In this document: positions 45,347-56,433 of the stretch, in pieces
Layout: the number at the start of each line of letters is the position of its first letter
Numbering within the stretch: the stretch's first letter is position 1
From: an uncultured Actinomycetes bacterium
Lineage (GTDB): Bacteria; Actinomycetota; Thermoleophilia; RBG-16-64-13
DNA length: 64,000 bases
Reading direction: 5' to 3'
Assembly (NCBI GenBank): GCA_963809395.1
Contig: CAWEJM010000018.1
Span: 128,275-192,274, forward strand
The notes under the pieces: model-generated
What the model was told of the DNA's origin: nothing
Databases searched by the model: none
What the model saw: the letters and a program-made list of their open reading frames with translations, nothing else
Program-made: the position numbers and the translations under genes

Positions 45347-46621
45347 CCTAGTCTGAGACCTGCGGGTCGTCACCGGCTTCATTCCCGACTCCGCCCGGGG
45401 CGCGCTCTCCGCAATACGACTGGCGTTGACCGGCGAGTTGGCCACAGGCCGCCTGTATCCCGCTTCCCTTGCTCTGCCTGACGACCGCTTCGATGCGGGC
45501 GCTGAGAAGCTCGCGTCGAAAGGCCGTTATCGCCGCCGGGCTGGACGGCTGGAACGCGGATGGTGCGAGCCGTGACGACCTTCGTCTCCGCCCACGTGTC
45601 GGCCGGGGCGCCCGCCAAGCTGAGGCACAGGGTTCCAGGCGAGGAGATTCACGGCCACCACATGGCCTCTCAGCAAAGACGCGAGGCGACGGGCATCATC
45701 GACCGAATCGTTGATCCCGCCCAACAAGACGTACTCCACAAGCAGCTTGCGATGGGTGAGTTCGAAATGGCTCCAGGCTGCTTCGAGGATCTCGGAAAGC
45801 GGGTATCGGAAGCTTTTCGGGACCAAAAGCGCCCGGGTGCGGTCGTCGGCGGCGTGCAGGGAGACGGCGAGGTTCACCTGCGGCTCGGCGCGAGCCAACC
45901 GGAGGATCCCACTTGGTATGCCGATGGTAGACACCGAAAGCGCCCGGTGGGCCATTCCGAGTCCATTCGGGTCGGTAAGGATGCGGATAGATTCGAGGAC
46001 GGCCTGCAGGTTCAGCAGGGGTTCGCCCATGCCCATGTACACAAGGTTGGAGATCCGCCGGCCCTCCTCGGCGGCGAGGACAGACGCCGTCCGAACCTGG
46101 TCGACAATCTCCGCGGTGGACAGGTCGCGACGGAAACCCATCGCCCCGGTGGCGCAGAACCGGCACCCAACCGGGCAGCCGACCTGGCTGGAGACACAGG
46201 CGGTGATCCGTTCGCGGTAACGCATGATCACGGACTCGATAAGCGTACCATCGTGCGTCGCGAGCAAGAATTTCGTCGCCCCATCTGGAGCCGTGCGCGA
46301 GTCGGCAAGCGTGAGGGTGGACACGCCGAGTTCAGCGAGAGCATCTCGGGAGTCGGCCGGCAGGGCGGTCGCTTCGGTGAAGGGCCGCAGCGGTCGACGG
46401 ATCAGATGCTCGTAGACCTGCGCGTGGCGATAGGAAGGGGCGTGTACGCCGGTGAGCACCTGCGCAATATCAGGCCGGTAGAGGGCCAGCAGCGCCTGGG
46501 GTGTAGCCGCCAGGGGTGTGGCTGCAACGGAGTGTTCAGGCCGGGGCACTGAAGATGGGCGACGGGCCGGGCGGACGGCCGCGCCGGAGGGGGGCTTCTT
46601 GCCGCGGTCCGCGGGTCTCAT
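45347..46621 (-). CDS. rlmN: 23S rRNA/tRNA (adenine-C2)-methyltransferase RlmN (radical SAM), frameshifted near the 3' end.
   Basis: ATKFLLATHDGTLIESVIMRY..RITACVSSQVGCPVGCRFCATGAMGFRRDLSTAEIVDQV...LVYMGMGEPLLN...LSVSTIGIPSGI...LAVSLHAADD. The tail VVRQSKGSGIQAACGQLA is in another frame. Confidence 0.9.
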
Positions 46622-47459
46622 GAGCCGGCCTCCGCCCTCGTCAGACGGACGATCATGCCCCGCTCGACAGAGAGTAGTTGGGCGGCGCTGGCAGCATTGA
46701 GGGCGAGGGCGACCTGTCCCCATGAATCGCGGAACACTCCCAGTTCTCCCGTCCCTAGTTCCCCGAATGTCTGCACCACTCGGGCACTCCACTCGGGGAG
46801 CGCTTCTCCCTCGACATCCACGATAAGCGTACCCTCCCGGGGAAAGAGGTCGTCGAAGCGCAGGGCCAGACCCACATTGCCGAAGCGGTCGATCTCGATC
46901 ACCTCTGCGCGAGCCCCCCGGGGCGTGACCTGCCAAGTGGTCGGAGGCAACCGAACCAGTGTGGTCGAATCCACAGGTCGACCCATACTCATTCGGGTCT
47001 ACAGCGGCGGAGAGTAGAGCGGCCGCCGGGCGCGAACAGGTCGCGGCCGTGAAAGGTGGACGAGACGCAGTTGCCGCGGAGTCCGGCTCGGGAGCGCACC
47101 CGGGCTGGGTCGAGCATCCAAGCGCCGGTCAAGCCCCCCAGGGCATCAGCGGCTCGCGGGAGCAGGCCATTGTCTGGGCCGACCAGGACGTCTCCCCGCG
47201 TAGTCCTCAGAGCCAGTGGGCGGCGTTCCGTTCCCACGCCAGGGTCGATGACCGCCAGGTGCACGGCGGGTGGGCAGAGCGGCGCCACTCGCTCCAGGAT
47301 AAGAGCCCCCGCGGCGACGTCGCCTACGGCGACCTCATGAGATATGTGCAGGACTCGAGCGTGCGGCTGCACGCGAGCCACGACGGCCTCGCAGGCGGCG
47401 ACGTATCCGCCGTCCCGACCAAAATCGCTGAGGAAGGTGATGATGTCCAGTCCGTTCAT
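46618..47459 (-). CDS. SAM hydrolase / SAM-dependent halogenase family protein (DUF62), one frameshift.
   Basis: MNGLDIITFLSDFGRDGGYVAACEAVV...HLAVIDPGVGTERRPLAL...VLVGPDNGLL...STFHGRDLFAP, then IDRFGNV. ATGA overlaps link it to both neighbouring genes. Confidence 0.8.
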
Positions 47460-49795
47460 TTCCCTCCCCATCCCAACGAGGCGAGACCCGCCGTATGGAA
47501 CACGTGTTCGGTCATCCCCTCGCGACCGATGCGCAGCACCAAACCCATCGGGCTACCATCGGCGATCGTAGAGGCATCCATGGGAAGCGACACCTCGACC
47601 ACGTCTCCCCAAGCGGCTTCGGCCGCCGCCAAAAGGCCCGGGCACTCTGTGCAGCTTACTCCCACGTGCCCATTCTCTTCCAGAGCTAGTCGAACGGCCA
47701 GATCTTCCTCCCCGATGATTCCACGGATGCGGAGCTCCATCTCCAGGCCCAGGAGGAGAGAAGAGCGTTCGGGCACAACGAGCAGGCACAGGCGTTCGCC
47801 ATGCCAGCCGAAGCGTGCCTCCCTTATCTTCGTGCCCTCGTGCCAGTTGCATGGTAGAGGGAAGGTCCGGAACGAGGAATCCCCGCGGCGCCCCATTCTG
47901 AGGCCGGGTCGTCGAGCCCGACGCCCAGAAGACCGTCGATGATAGGAGCCACTGGGCCTCGGGGGAGGGTCGGCAGGGTCGCTGACCCCCCCTCCAGCAG
48001 GGGCAGGAAAAGCTCCGTGGGGATCGGCTCCCCCAGGGACCGAAAGACTTCCTGCAGATGGCGGCGGAAGTTCAGATCCCACACGTGGTCCAACTCGGTG
48101 TGGTGGTGGTCGCCGAACCACCAGAACCAGTCGCTGCCCTCGGCTATCAGGATGTGGCGCCAAGCGGCGGCGGGTCGTCGTCGTCCTCGGGCAGTCGCCG
48201 GGGTCGCCGCTCGGGCTGTCGCCCGAGCCACCAGCCGGCGAACCGAGGGTCGTCGACGACGGTGCCGAGGCCGGCTCACGACGGGAGGCCGCCAGGTCGC
48301 GGGCCTGGTGAAGGAGGTCCCAGGCTGCGTTGTGGGCTCGGTCGCCACTCCACGTGCGCAGGTCTCCCCCGATCCAAGAACCCGTGTGGAGCCAGCCCAG
48401 CGACCGCGCGGGAGGCGAATCCCGCAGATGCTCGGAGATCGTCACGCACCGCAACGCCGGGTCGGCGCTCAGGCCCTCGTAGAGGTAGCGAAGGAAGTCG
48501 CGGCCGTCGCGTGGGTAGTATTCCCAGGCGTTCTCGCCGTCGAGAGCGATGGTGACCAAGGGGATGTCCGAGCGGCCGGTCGCGGAGAGCGGGACGCCGC
48601 CGCCTCGGGCGCGACCGAAGGCGTGGAGGCCAGGGTGGCGCCTATCTCGCGCAGCCGGCGGAGTAGATCGGCGGCGGCCTCACGGGAGTCCCAGGACTGA
48701 TAGGCAAAGCCGATGAGGTCGGACAGAGTGTGGTCTCGAAAGACGATGGCAATCTCGCCCCCCTCCCGTTCGCAGCCGGTACGGTGCGTAGAGGGCGCGA
48801 GGGGTCGAGGGAGCCGGAGAGCGGTCCCTACCTGCAGCGTCCGCCGGCCGCAGCTCGTGGCGCGGCCGCGCCGGAGAGCGAACGGGCCAGGACGGTCTCG
48901 TCGGAGATGGTCCAGGTGACGCCGGCGTCGAGCAGGAGGGGGATGACATCCTCGCCGACGGCCTGCTCGGAGCACCACATGCCCCGGGGTGGCTTACCGA
49001 AGACGCGCTCATGCTTGACCATCGCGCGCTTGACCTGCTCGGCGGCGTCCTCGGGGTGCGCGAAGCGCCTGGGAGGCAGGAGGGTGTCGGCGGCGGCGAT
49101 GCGGGCCGAGTCGGAGTTGACCAGCAAAGGAAGGATGGGGTGGAAGTAGGGCGACGTGGACAGTTCCACCTGGCCGCGGTCGGCAGCGTCGCGGTAGGCG
49201 GGCAAGCGTGCGGGCGAGGATGTCGGCCTGGACGTGGGCGAGCGCCTGCTTGTCCTCTTCGCGGAAGTCGCGGCCGCGACGGACCAGGTCGGCCAGCGGC
49301 TCGGCCTCCAGGGTCTGAGGGTCGAACCAGGCCAGGTTGAACCACACCTGCAGGTCGCGGAGTTCGTCGACCGTGAAGGCGCGGGCGCAGGCTTCCCAGC
49401 CCTGGGAAGCCTGCGCCTCCCGCTTGCGCGCCAGCTCCAGGTAGCGAGGATGGGAGCGCGGCCGGGGATGGTCGGAGCGTTCGCACATACGCTCCACGAC
49501 GAAGGTCCGTTCGGCCGGGTCGAGGTCGGCGGCCGGCTTCAGGGTGTGCTCCCAGTACACGTCGACGAAGTCACCGGAGGCGTAGATCTCCAATTGCTCC
49601 ACGAGAGAGGGGACCAGGTTGAAGGTCTGGTGGAGGTCGGGGTAGGCGGCTAGCGTCTCGACCATGTCGAGGTAGTCCTTGAGGGCGTGCATCCGCGCCC
49701 AGGGCATCTCGAACGCTGCCGGTAAGGGCCGACCGGTAGTACGGCTGGTGCATGTGCCAGACGAAGGCGACATGCAGCGGCTCAGACGTAGGCAT
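47456..49795 (-). CDS. Large GH57-family alpha-glucan enzyme with C-terminal DUF1925/DUF1926-like regions, many frameshifts.
   Basis: LHVAFVWHMHQPYYRS; MPWARMHALKDYLDMVETLAAYPDLHQTFNLVPSLVEQLE; VELSTSPYFHPILPLL; GMWCSEQAVGEDVIPLLLDAGVTWTISDE; VTIALDGENAWEYY; LIAEGSDWFWWFGDHH. Confidence 0.8.
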
Positions 49796-50996
49796 CCATC
49801 GCCCGGACGAAGTTCGTGTACACACGCTGCTGCTCGGTGAGGATCCTGTCCGGACCCAGATCCCACCATTCGTCGGGAGTGAAGTAGGCCGAGACCTCGG
49901 CCTCCGAGCCTCCGGCCCGACCGGCCCATTGGATGAGATGGAGGTTGTCGGACTGCAGCAGCCACAGGGCCAGATCGACCAAAGTGCGGTCGCCGGTGAG
50001 GCGCGCCTTGTGAAGGACCGAGTGCATCAGTCGGAAGATGGCCTGCTGGGAGGTGTTGCCCAGGAAGAACTCCATCCCTCCGGAGCCGGCCCAGGTGGTC
50101 CCGAACTCCGGCAGGGGCAGATCGGGTCGGTCCGCTTTGCCGAACACTTCCACTGCCTCGCTCGGCAGGAGGCAGCGGACACCGCGCTTCGTCAGCTGGG
50201 CGGGCAGACTGCGCATGAACTCGAAGATCCCGGTGTCGAGATTGTGGTGCTCGCCGAAAGTCTCGAAATCCCAGCCGATGAACACGAAGTCGCCCCAGGC
50301 CTTGCGCAGGTTGGCGGCATAGGTGTCGGCATGGAGGGGATAACCGGCCCAGGTGCGGTTGCTGAAGCGATATCCGACGTCGTCGGAGAGCTCGTGGTGG
50401 CGGCAGAACAAGGCTAGATCGCGCCCCCCATGGCCGTAGAGGTGGGTGGGCTCGCGCCACTCCATCACCCAGGGCCTACCGTCGAGCATCCCCGCCCGGT
50501 AGCCGGCCTGGAGAAGGGCGTAGTAGATCTCGTTGTTCATCACCATCTCGGTGGTGTCGGTGACCCGGATCTCCTTGTCGAAGAACTCCTCGGCGTAGGC
50601 CTTGCCCCGGCGCATCTCCCTCTGGAAGAGCTTGATGTCGATGGCGAACGCGAAGCTGTGGTAGGGCTCCACCCCCACCAGCTCGCAGTTGGGATGGGCC
50701 ACGAGCCGGCGGAAGCGCTCGGCCAGCGCGCGATCCCAGCGGCGCAATTGCCAGAGGAAGCTCACCGAGAAGCCGAGCCCCAGCTTGAAACCGTTGTCGA
50801 GCATGTCCAGGAACATCTCGGTGGCCGGGTGGTAGCACCAGCGGGCGACCTTGTCGAAGTAGCGCTTGTTCATCACGTCGTCGAACAGGTAGGGAGCCAT
50901 GGCCGCGGGGCCGGTATCCGTCGGGATGACCTGCGCCGGCAGCCGGATACGGCGGGGCTGATGGATGACGCAATAGGTGACGAGGTTCTCGGCCAT
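49782..50996 (-). CDS. GH57-family glycoside hydrolase, intact (404 aa).
   Basis: Single ORF. TYCVIHQPRRIRLP contains the HQP region. Also WDFETFGEHH and LQSDNLHLIQW. Confidence 0.8.
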   Translation of the reverse strand: MAENLVTYCVIHQPRRIRLPAQVIPTDTGPAAMAPYLFDDVMNKRYFDKVARWCYHPATEMFLDMLDNGFKLGLGFSVSFLWQLRRWDRALAERFRRLVAHPNCELVGVEPYHSFAFAIDIKLFQREMRRGKAYAEEFFDKEIRVTDTTEMVMNNEIYYALLQAGYRAGMLDGRPWVMEWREPTHLYGHGGRDLALFCRHHELSDDVGYRFSNRTWAGYPLHADTYAANLRKAWGDFVFIGWDFETFGEHHNLDTGIFEFMRSLPAQLTKRGVRCLLPSEAVEVFGKADRPDLPLPEFGTTWAGSGGMEFFLGNTSQQAIFRLMHSVLHKARLTGDRTLVDLALWLLQSDNLHLIQWAGRAGGSEAEVSAYFTPDEWWDLGPDRILTEQQRVYTNFVRAMDAYV

Positions 50997-51052
50997 GGTC
51001 GCCTCTCAGCCGGGAGGTTTGCGGGTCTGCGGCTTGACCGAGAGGCGCCGGC

Positions 51053-52460
51053 TCACCGATTGGCCGCCGTATGGCAAGGCGTCGGAGTCTGGCCGTCGGA
51101 GTCGGCGCCCGGGGTCTCCGCGGCCGTGGGTGCCGCCGGCACGATAGCGCTCGCGGCACTGTCGTGAGGCGGAGTCACCAGTTGGCGGAGGGAGACATAC
51201 TCCAGTTTCCCCACCAGGTTGCCGGCGATGACGTTCTCCCAGCTGAAACTACGCGCGGTCTCCTGGGCGTCGGCGCGGATGCGGGTCACCACTTCTGGGT
51301 GGGCCCGGAGATAGTCGAGAGCGATGTTGATCTCGGTGGGGTCGTCGGTGTCGAGCACCACCGAGTTGAGGTAGGGAACGGCGTAGTCCTCGCCGGTGGA
51401 GCCGACGAAGGCGACACCGGCGGCGGCCATCACCTCGAGCCCCACCAGGCCGAACGGCTCGTGGCCGGAGTTGGCGAGCACCGCGTCGGCCCCAGAGTAG
51501 AAGAGGGCGATGAGCTCGTCGCTCATGAAGCCGTTCACGTTGTAGACGTCGGCCGGCGGAGCGGCTGCGAACGCGTCGAGGGCCTCGTCCAGGTCTCTGA
51601 GGCGGGCGCAGGTCGACCACCGTCAGACCTTGGGCGCGGGCGTTGGCCAGCACCTCCATCCCGTGTGGCTCTACGCCTCCTCGGATCACGGTGGCCAGAG
51701 TGCGGCCGCGCCGCTTCTCTTCGGCCACGGCATCCATGGCCATGTTCCAGCGCTTGTCGGGGCTAAAGCGCCCGATCTTGAAGATGAGCTCTCGCCCGGG
51801 GAAAGCGGCCCGCAGGCGGGCGATCAGCGCCGGATCGGCGCGCTGTATCCGGTCGCCGGGGATGCCGTTCGGGATGACCAGCGGGTTGACCGCCCGCTCC
51901 CACATCACGTGCTTCATGTAGCGGGAGACGGTGGTTATCTGAGAGCAGAAGTCGAGCCGCCGCCAGTCGATGCGGTCGAACCCCATGACGTTGTTGGCGT
52001 TCCAGAGGATGATGGCTTTGTCTCGCAGCCCCTCGGCCCACAACCGGTCGGACAGCTGGCAGGTGGAGTAAGCGGTGTGCCATTCCTCGGCCAGGATGGC
52101 GGTGAGGCGCCCGCCCGCGGCGGCGGGCGCCACGAGCTTCGAGACCACGAAACCGGGAAGTTGCTCGTTCCAGTCGACGAGCTTCGCCTCCTCCCCTTGG
52201 TAGACTCCAGCCGGGTAGTGGGCCGACAGCCACTGTGACCAGCGGTAAAGGGTGAGGTTCTCTACCGGGGACTCCTGAGCCGGCAGATGGGGATCGCCCA
52301 CAAATACGAGGTGCGTGCGGTAGCCCTGCCGGGCAAGCTCGAGCGCCAGCTCCTTCATGCGCACGCCCAGTCCGCCCGCCATGGCGTACTGATCGGGTCC
52401 CTCGAAAGAGAGGAGCACGAACTCCAGCGAGTCCGGGGTCAATCGGGGAAGGGTGGCCAT
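51053..52460 (-). CDS. GT4-family alpha-glucan/sugar synthase-like glycosyltransferase, one frameshift near 51560.
   Basis: An AGGAGG Shine-Dalgarno is present. [57 protein letters not shown]...; C-terminus [42 protein letters not shown]. Confidence 0.75.
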
Positions 52461-52601
52461 TCCGCCTCCTGGTACCGGGTGGTGGGGCTTCTTCTCGCCC
52501 CTAGGATACCCTCGTTCACCGCGCGACATGCATGTTCCCCGGCATTGTGTTACTTTGCATCCCTGTACGCCCCCCAAAGAGGATGGAAAGGCAGAAAAGG
52601 C

Positions 52602-53954
52602 ATGGCGATCAAGTATCTGCTCCCGGAAGACCGGATACCGACGGCCTGGTATAACGTCGCGGCCGATCTTCCTGTGCCCCCCCCGCCGCCCCTCCACCCG
52701 GGAACATTGCAGCCCGCAGGTCCGGACGACCTGGCTCCCTTGTTCCCGATGGGCCTCATCATGCAGGAGATGTCGGCGGAACGTATGATCGAGATCCCCG
52801 ATGAGGTCCGGGAGATCTATAAGCTGTGGCGCCCCACTCCTCTGATCCGCGCCGCGCGATGGGAGAAGGCCCTGGGCACTCCCGCCAAGATCTACTTCAA
52901 ATACGAAGGCGTGAGCCCCGCGGGCTCGCACAAGCCCAACACGGCCGTGGCCCAGGCTTGGTACAACAAGCAGGAAGGCATCACCAAGCTCACCACCGAG
53001 ACCGGCGCCGGGCAGTGGGGCTCCGCGCTCTCGCTGGCCTGCCAGCTTTTCGGCATGGAGTGCTTGGTCTACATGGTGAAGGTCTCCTACTTCCAGAAGC
53101 CCTACCGGCGTAGCATGATCCGGGTGTGGGGCGCGGAAGTGATCCCCAGCCCGTCGGATACCACCGAGTGCGGCCGGGCCATCCTGGCGCAAGACCCTGA
53201 CTCTCCGGGCAGCCTGGGTATCGCCATCAGCGAAGCGGTCGAAGTGGCCGCGAAGCGCGACGACACCCACTACTCGCTAGGATCGGTGCTCAGCCACGTG
53301 CTGCTTCACCAGACGGTCATCGGCCAGGAATCCATCGAGCAGATGGAACTGGCGGGCGCCTATCCCGACTTCGTGGTCGGTTGCGTGGGCGGCGGATCCA
53401 ACTTCGCCGGCATCGCCTTCCCGTTCCTGGGCGAGAACCTCAAGAAAGGCAAGAAGACCCGCCTGATCGCTGTGGAACCGGCTGCCTGCCCAAGTATGAC
53501 CAAGGGCCTCTACGCGTTCGACTATGGGGATACCGCCAAACTCACGCCTCTGGTCAAGATGGACACCCTGGGCCACGACTTCATCCCCCCCGGCATCCAC
53601 GCCGGCGGTCTTCGCTACCACGGCATGGCTCCCATGCTGTCGCACGCGTATCACCTGGGCCTGGTCGAAGCCCGATCGGTGATGCAGACCGACGTGTTCT
53701 CCGCTGGAATCGGCTTTGCGCGTTCGGAGGGGATCATCCCGGCTCCCGAGAGCGCCCACGCTGTCGCGGCGGTCAGGCAGTTGGCTGAGGAGTGCAAGCA
53801 GTCCGGAGACGAGAAGACGATCCTCTTCAACATGAGCGGGCACGGTCACTTCGACATGGGCTCCTACGACAACTACCTGGACGGCAAGCTTGAGGACTAC
53901 GCTTATCCGGAAGAGAAGATCAAGGAAGCGATGAAGAATCTTCCCAAGATCTGA
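52602..53954 (+). CDS. trpB: TrpB2-type tryptophan synthase beta-like PLP enzyme, intact (450 aa).
   Basis: [49 protein letters not shown]...[16 protein letters not shown]...[13 protein letters not shown]...[11 protein letters not shown] is the typical long TrpB2 form. Confidence 0.88.
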   Translation: MAIKYLLPEDRIPTAWYNVAADLPVPPPPPLHPGTLQPAGPDDLAPLFPMGLIMQEMSAERMIEIPDEVREIYKLWRPTPLIRAARWEKALGTPAKIYFKYEGVSPAGSHKPNTAVAQAWYNKQEGITKLTTETGAGQWGSALSLACQLFGMECLVYMVKVSYFQKPYRRSMIRVWGAEVIPSPSDTTECGRAILAQDPDSPGSLGIAISEAVEVAAKRDDTHYSLGSVLSHVLLHQTVIGQESIEQMELAGAYPDFVVGCVGGGSNFAGIAFPFLGENLKKGKKTRLIAVEPAACPSMTKGLYAFDYGDTAKLTPLVKMDTLGHDFIPPGIHAGGLRYHGMAPMLSHAYHLGLVEARSVMQTDVFSAGIGFARSEGIIPAPESAHAVAAVRQLAEECKQSGDEKTILFNMSGHGHFDMGSYDNYLDGKLEDYAYPEEKIKEAMKNLPKI

Positions 53955-54004
53955 CCGTAGACGGCCCTGGGTTAGGGACGCGGGGCTACGAGGGAGCGAT
54001 TGCC

Positions 54005-54730
54005 ATGGGGTTGAAGCGGTGTTCCGGAGCGACGGCTTTTGCTCAGCCCACAATCGAAGTGGTGCCGTGCCCGGATTGCGGCACGGACGTGGAAGTCTGG
54101 AGCGACGAAGCGACCGGCCGGTGCCCCAGCTGCTCGCGCACCGTGATCCGGACCGCTACGCAGTCCTGCGTCGACTGGTGCCGCTACGCGAAGGAATGCT
54201 TGGGCGACGAGAAGTTCAAGAAGTACGGCGAGATGAAGGCGGCCCTGCGCAAGTCGGCGCTGATGCAGGCTGTGGAGGCCGAGCCTGGGATTGACGCCGT
54301 GCGCATCGCGCACACAAGCAGGGTGCTCGCCTACGCGGAAGTGCTGCTCGCCGAGAATCCCGACGCCGATCCGAATGTCGTGCTGGCCGCCGCGGCCCTG
54401 CACGGGCTTGCGCGTGGGGAGGCCGAGGGCGCCTCGTCGACCGAGTTGGGAGCCGAGCCGGGCGCGAAACCCGACCGGGCGGATGCCGCCATGGGGATCC
54501 TGAAGGAGCTCGGATATCCGCAGGGTCTGATGAATGAGGTGCGCGAACTGCTGGACCTGCCTGCTGATTCGCGTCGCCGGGACACCCTGCATTTCAAGCT
54601 TCTGCACGACGCCCTGCTGCTGGCCGGCTCTGACGCGAGCAGTTCTCCCGTCAAACGCAGGGCTGCGCCGCCGGAGTTGTTGGACGCTCTGCTCACCGAG
54701 GCCGGCCGCGATGCCGCGCGCCGGCGCTAG
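54005..54730 (+). CDS. Zinc-ribbon protein with a C-terminal HD-like helical domain (HD motif degenerate), intact.
   Basis: CPDCGTDVEVWSDEATGRCPSC plus SCVDWCRYAKEC. Then IAHTSRVLAYAEVLL...VVLAAAALHGLARGE, where canonical HD proteins read LHD. Confidence 0.45.
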   Translation: MGLKRCSGATAFAQPTIEVVPCPDCGTDVEVWSDEATGRCPSCSRTVIRTATQSCVDWCRYAKECLGDEKFKKYGEMKAALRKSALMQAVEAEPGIDAVRIAHTSRVLAYAEVLLAENPDADPNVVLAAAALHGLARGEAEGASSTELGAEPGAKPDRADAAMGILKELGYPQGLMNEVRELLDLPADSRRRDTLHFKLLHDALLLAGSDASSSPVKRRAAPPELLDALLTEAGRDAARRR

Positions 54731-54795
54731 CCGAGGCGGAAATGGCGCGCCGGCGTCGCCGCCGGCGCCCTCGCGCCCGCCTCGTGAGGCCCTGA

Positions 54796-55398
54796 ATGCA
54801 GGGCGAGGCGAGAGGCTGGGAACTTCTAGCGGCGTGCGATCCGCGGGATGTCTGCGAGCGGGCTGAGGCCGACTACTCCCCCGAGGAGGGCAGTTACACC
54901 GTCGGCGTATTCGGTCTTCCCGTTGTCGTGACTCCGGCGTCGCGGGCGATGAGCGGCTCGTGCGCGGACTCCGAACTGATCCTCACCAAGGCGGGCTACT
55001 TCTCGCGCCTGTCCATCCTCTACTACTTGCTCGGCGCACAGAGGATCCCGCCCGCGGGCCGGCTGGTAAAACCGTCGGACCTCAGATCGGGGCACATCTA
55101 CCTCCAGGGTTCTCACGTGCTGCCGCTGGACCAGATGGCGGCCCGCTTTGCCCGCGACGCGGACGGCTTCCTAGAGCAGGCAGGCCGGTTCGGCGGGGAG
55201 CCGCGGGCTTACGGCGACGCAGGAGCGGAACTGCGGCCGCTTCCCCGCCTACCCGTGACGCTGGTCTTCTGGCGGGAGGACGACGAGTTCCCGGCGCGGG
55301 GCGACCTGTTCTTCGATACCACGTGCGAACAGCACGTCCCCGGGGACATCCTGTGGTCGGTTGCCATGTTGTGCATGAAGGTCATGCTGGCGCCCTGA
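54796..55398 (+). CDS. DUF3786-family protein, intact.
   Basis: WELLAACDPRDVCERAEADYSPEEGSYTVGVFGLPVVV...ILYYLLGAQRIPPAGRLVKPSDL...PRLPVTLVFWREDDEFPARGDLFFD...ILWSVAML matches my recollection of the DUF3786 pattern. Confidence 0.55.
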   Translation: MQGEARGWELLAACDPRDVCERAEADYSPEEGSYTVGVFGLPVVVTPASRAMSGSCADSELILTKAGYFSRLSILYYLLGAQRIPPAGRLVKPSDLRSGHIYLQGSHVLPLDQMAARFARDADGFLEQAGRFGGEPRAYGDAGAELRPLPRLPVTLVFWREDDEFPARGDLFFDTTCEQHVPGDILWSVAMLCMKVMLAP

Positions 55399-55423
55399 TC
55401 GAGGGAGATGGTCGCGGGCAGCC

Positions 55424-56333
55424 TCACTCGGTGACGCTTCGGTGGCGGTCTACGAGGCGACAGCATCTGCTGGGCGTTGCGAGGCGCATAGTCGGCGAAG
55501 CAGTTGTTGAACATGAGGTAGGTGGTCTCTGCCTGCTCCTGGAGGTGGCGGACCGGTGCCACCCATTCGGCCAACTCCTCGGGGGAGTAGAAGTACTTGA
55601 AGCGCTCGGCCGCCGAAACAACCCGGGCGTTCCAGGTGGCCGCGTTCCGGCCGTGAAAGCGGACGTAGGCCACGTCAGAGGTAACTGCCGCCAACGGCGG
55701 GAGGACGGTCGGTCCAGACAACCGAGGCTCGTCGACGCACACGTAGGTCAAGCCCAGCGAAGCGAGTAGATCGAGGGTGGACTCCACCTCCCCTTGCTCT
55801 ACCCAGGAAGCGTGCCTGAATTCCACCGCCACTCGATCGGGCGCCAGCAGGCCGGCGCTCTGGGCGATGTACTCTCGATTCGACTTGTTGGCCACGAAGT
55901 AGGGCGGGAACTGCATGAGGATCAGGCCCAGCTTGCCCTCCTCGCGCAGCGGCTCCAGGGCCTCCGTGAACAAGGAGAAGGCCTGCCTACGCAGCTCCGC
56001 CGACGGGTGCAGGATGCGGCCGTAGCGGTCCAGCTCCAGGTCGTGCGCCGCCCGAAGCGGAGCCGGGAGTTGCTGGGGTCGTACCCCGTGCCGGGTGAGC
56101 ATGCCGAAGGCCTTGATGTGGAAGACGAAGCCGGGCGGGGTCCTCTCGGCCCACAGCCGGGCGGTCGCGGACGTGGGCAGCCCGTAGAAGCTGGAGTCCA
56201 CCTCCACGGTGTCGAAGCGGGCGGCGTAGTAGCGCAGGCGGTCTGCCGCGGTGCGGACGCCCGCTGGATACCAGGCCCGCACCATGGTGGGGTCCGTCCA
56301 GGAGCAGGTGCCTACTCGAACTTGTCCAGGCAT
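55424..56333 (-). CDS. DUF72 (UPF0759, YecE-like) protein, probable frameshift at the 3' end.
   Basis: VRVGTCSWTDPTMVRAWYPAGVRTAADRLRYYAARFDTVEVDSSFYGLP...GFVFHIKAFGMLT...LILMQFPPYF...AVEFRHASW...YVRFHGRN...YLMFNNC. Confidence 0.8.
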
Positions 56334-56433
56334 GAGCTAAGGATATACTTCACGGGCGACGGGCGCCTCGCTCTGCGAATGAGCGCTCGGCGAACGATCC
56401 TGCTCGGCGGCGCGACGACGAAAGGGCGGCTAC

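Noticed and set aside
45200-45370. Three copies of GAGACC(G/T)G.. (about 45222, 45330, 45352) in the convergent cobO/rlmN spacer, considered as a repeat element or terminator.
   Set aside because: They are short direct repeats of 8-9 nt with no inverted partner or T-run. The last copy lies in the rlmN 3' coding tail, so chance is the likely explanation.
47498-47509. The palindrome GAACACGTGTTC as a second parS.
   Set aside because: The half-sites are arranged differently from parS (GTTTCAC|GTGAAAC). It is only 12 bp and lies in the GH57 coding sequence. Other CACGTG cores in the window have no parS-like flanks.
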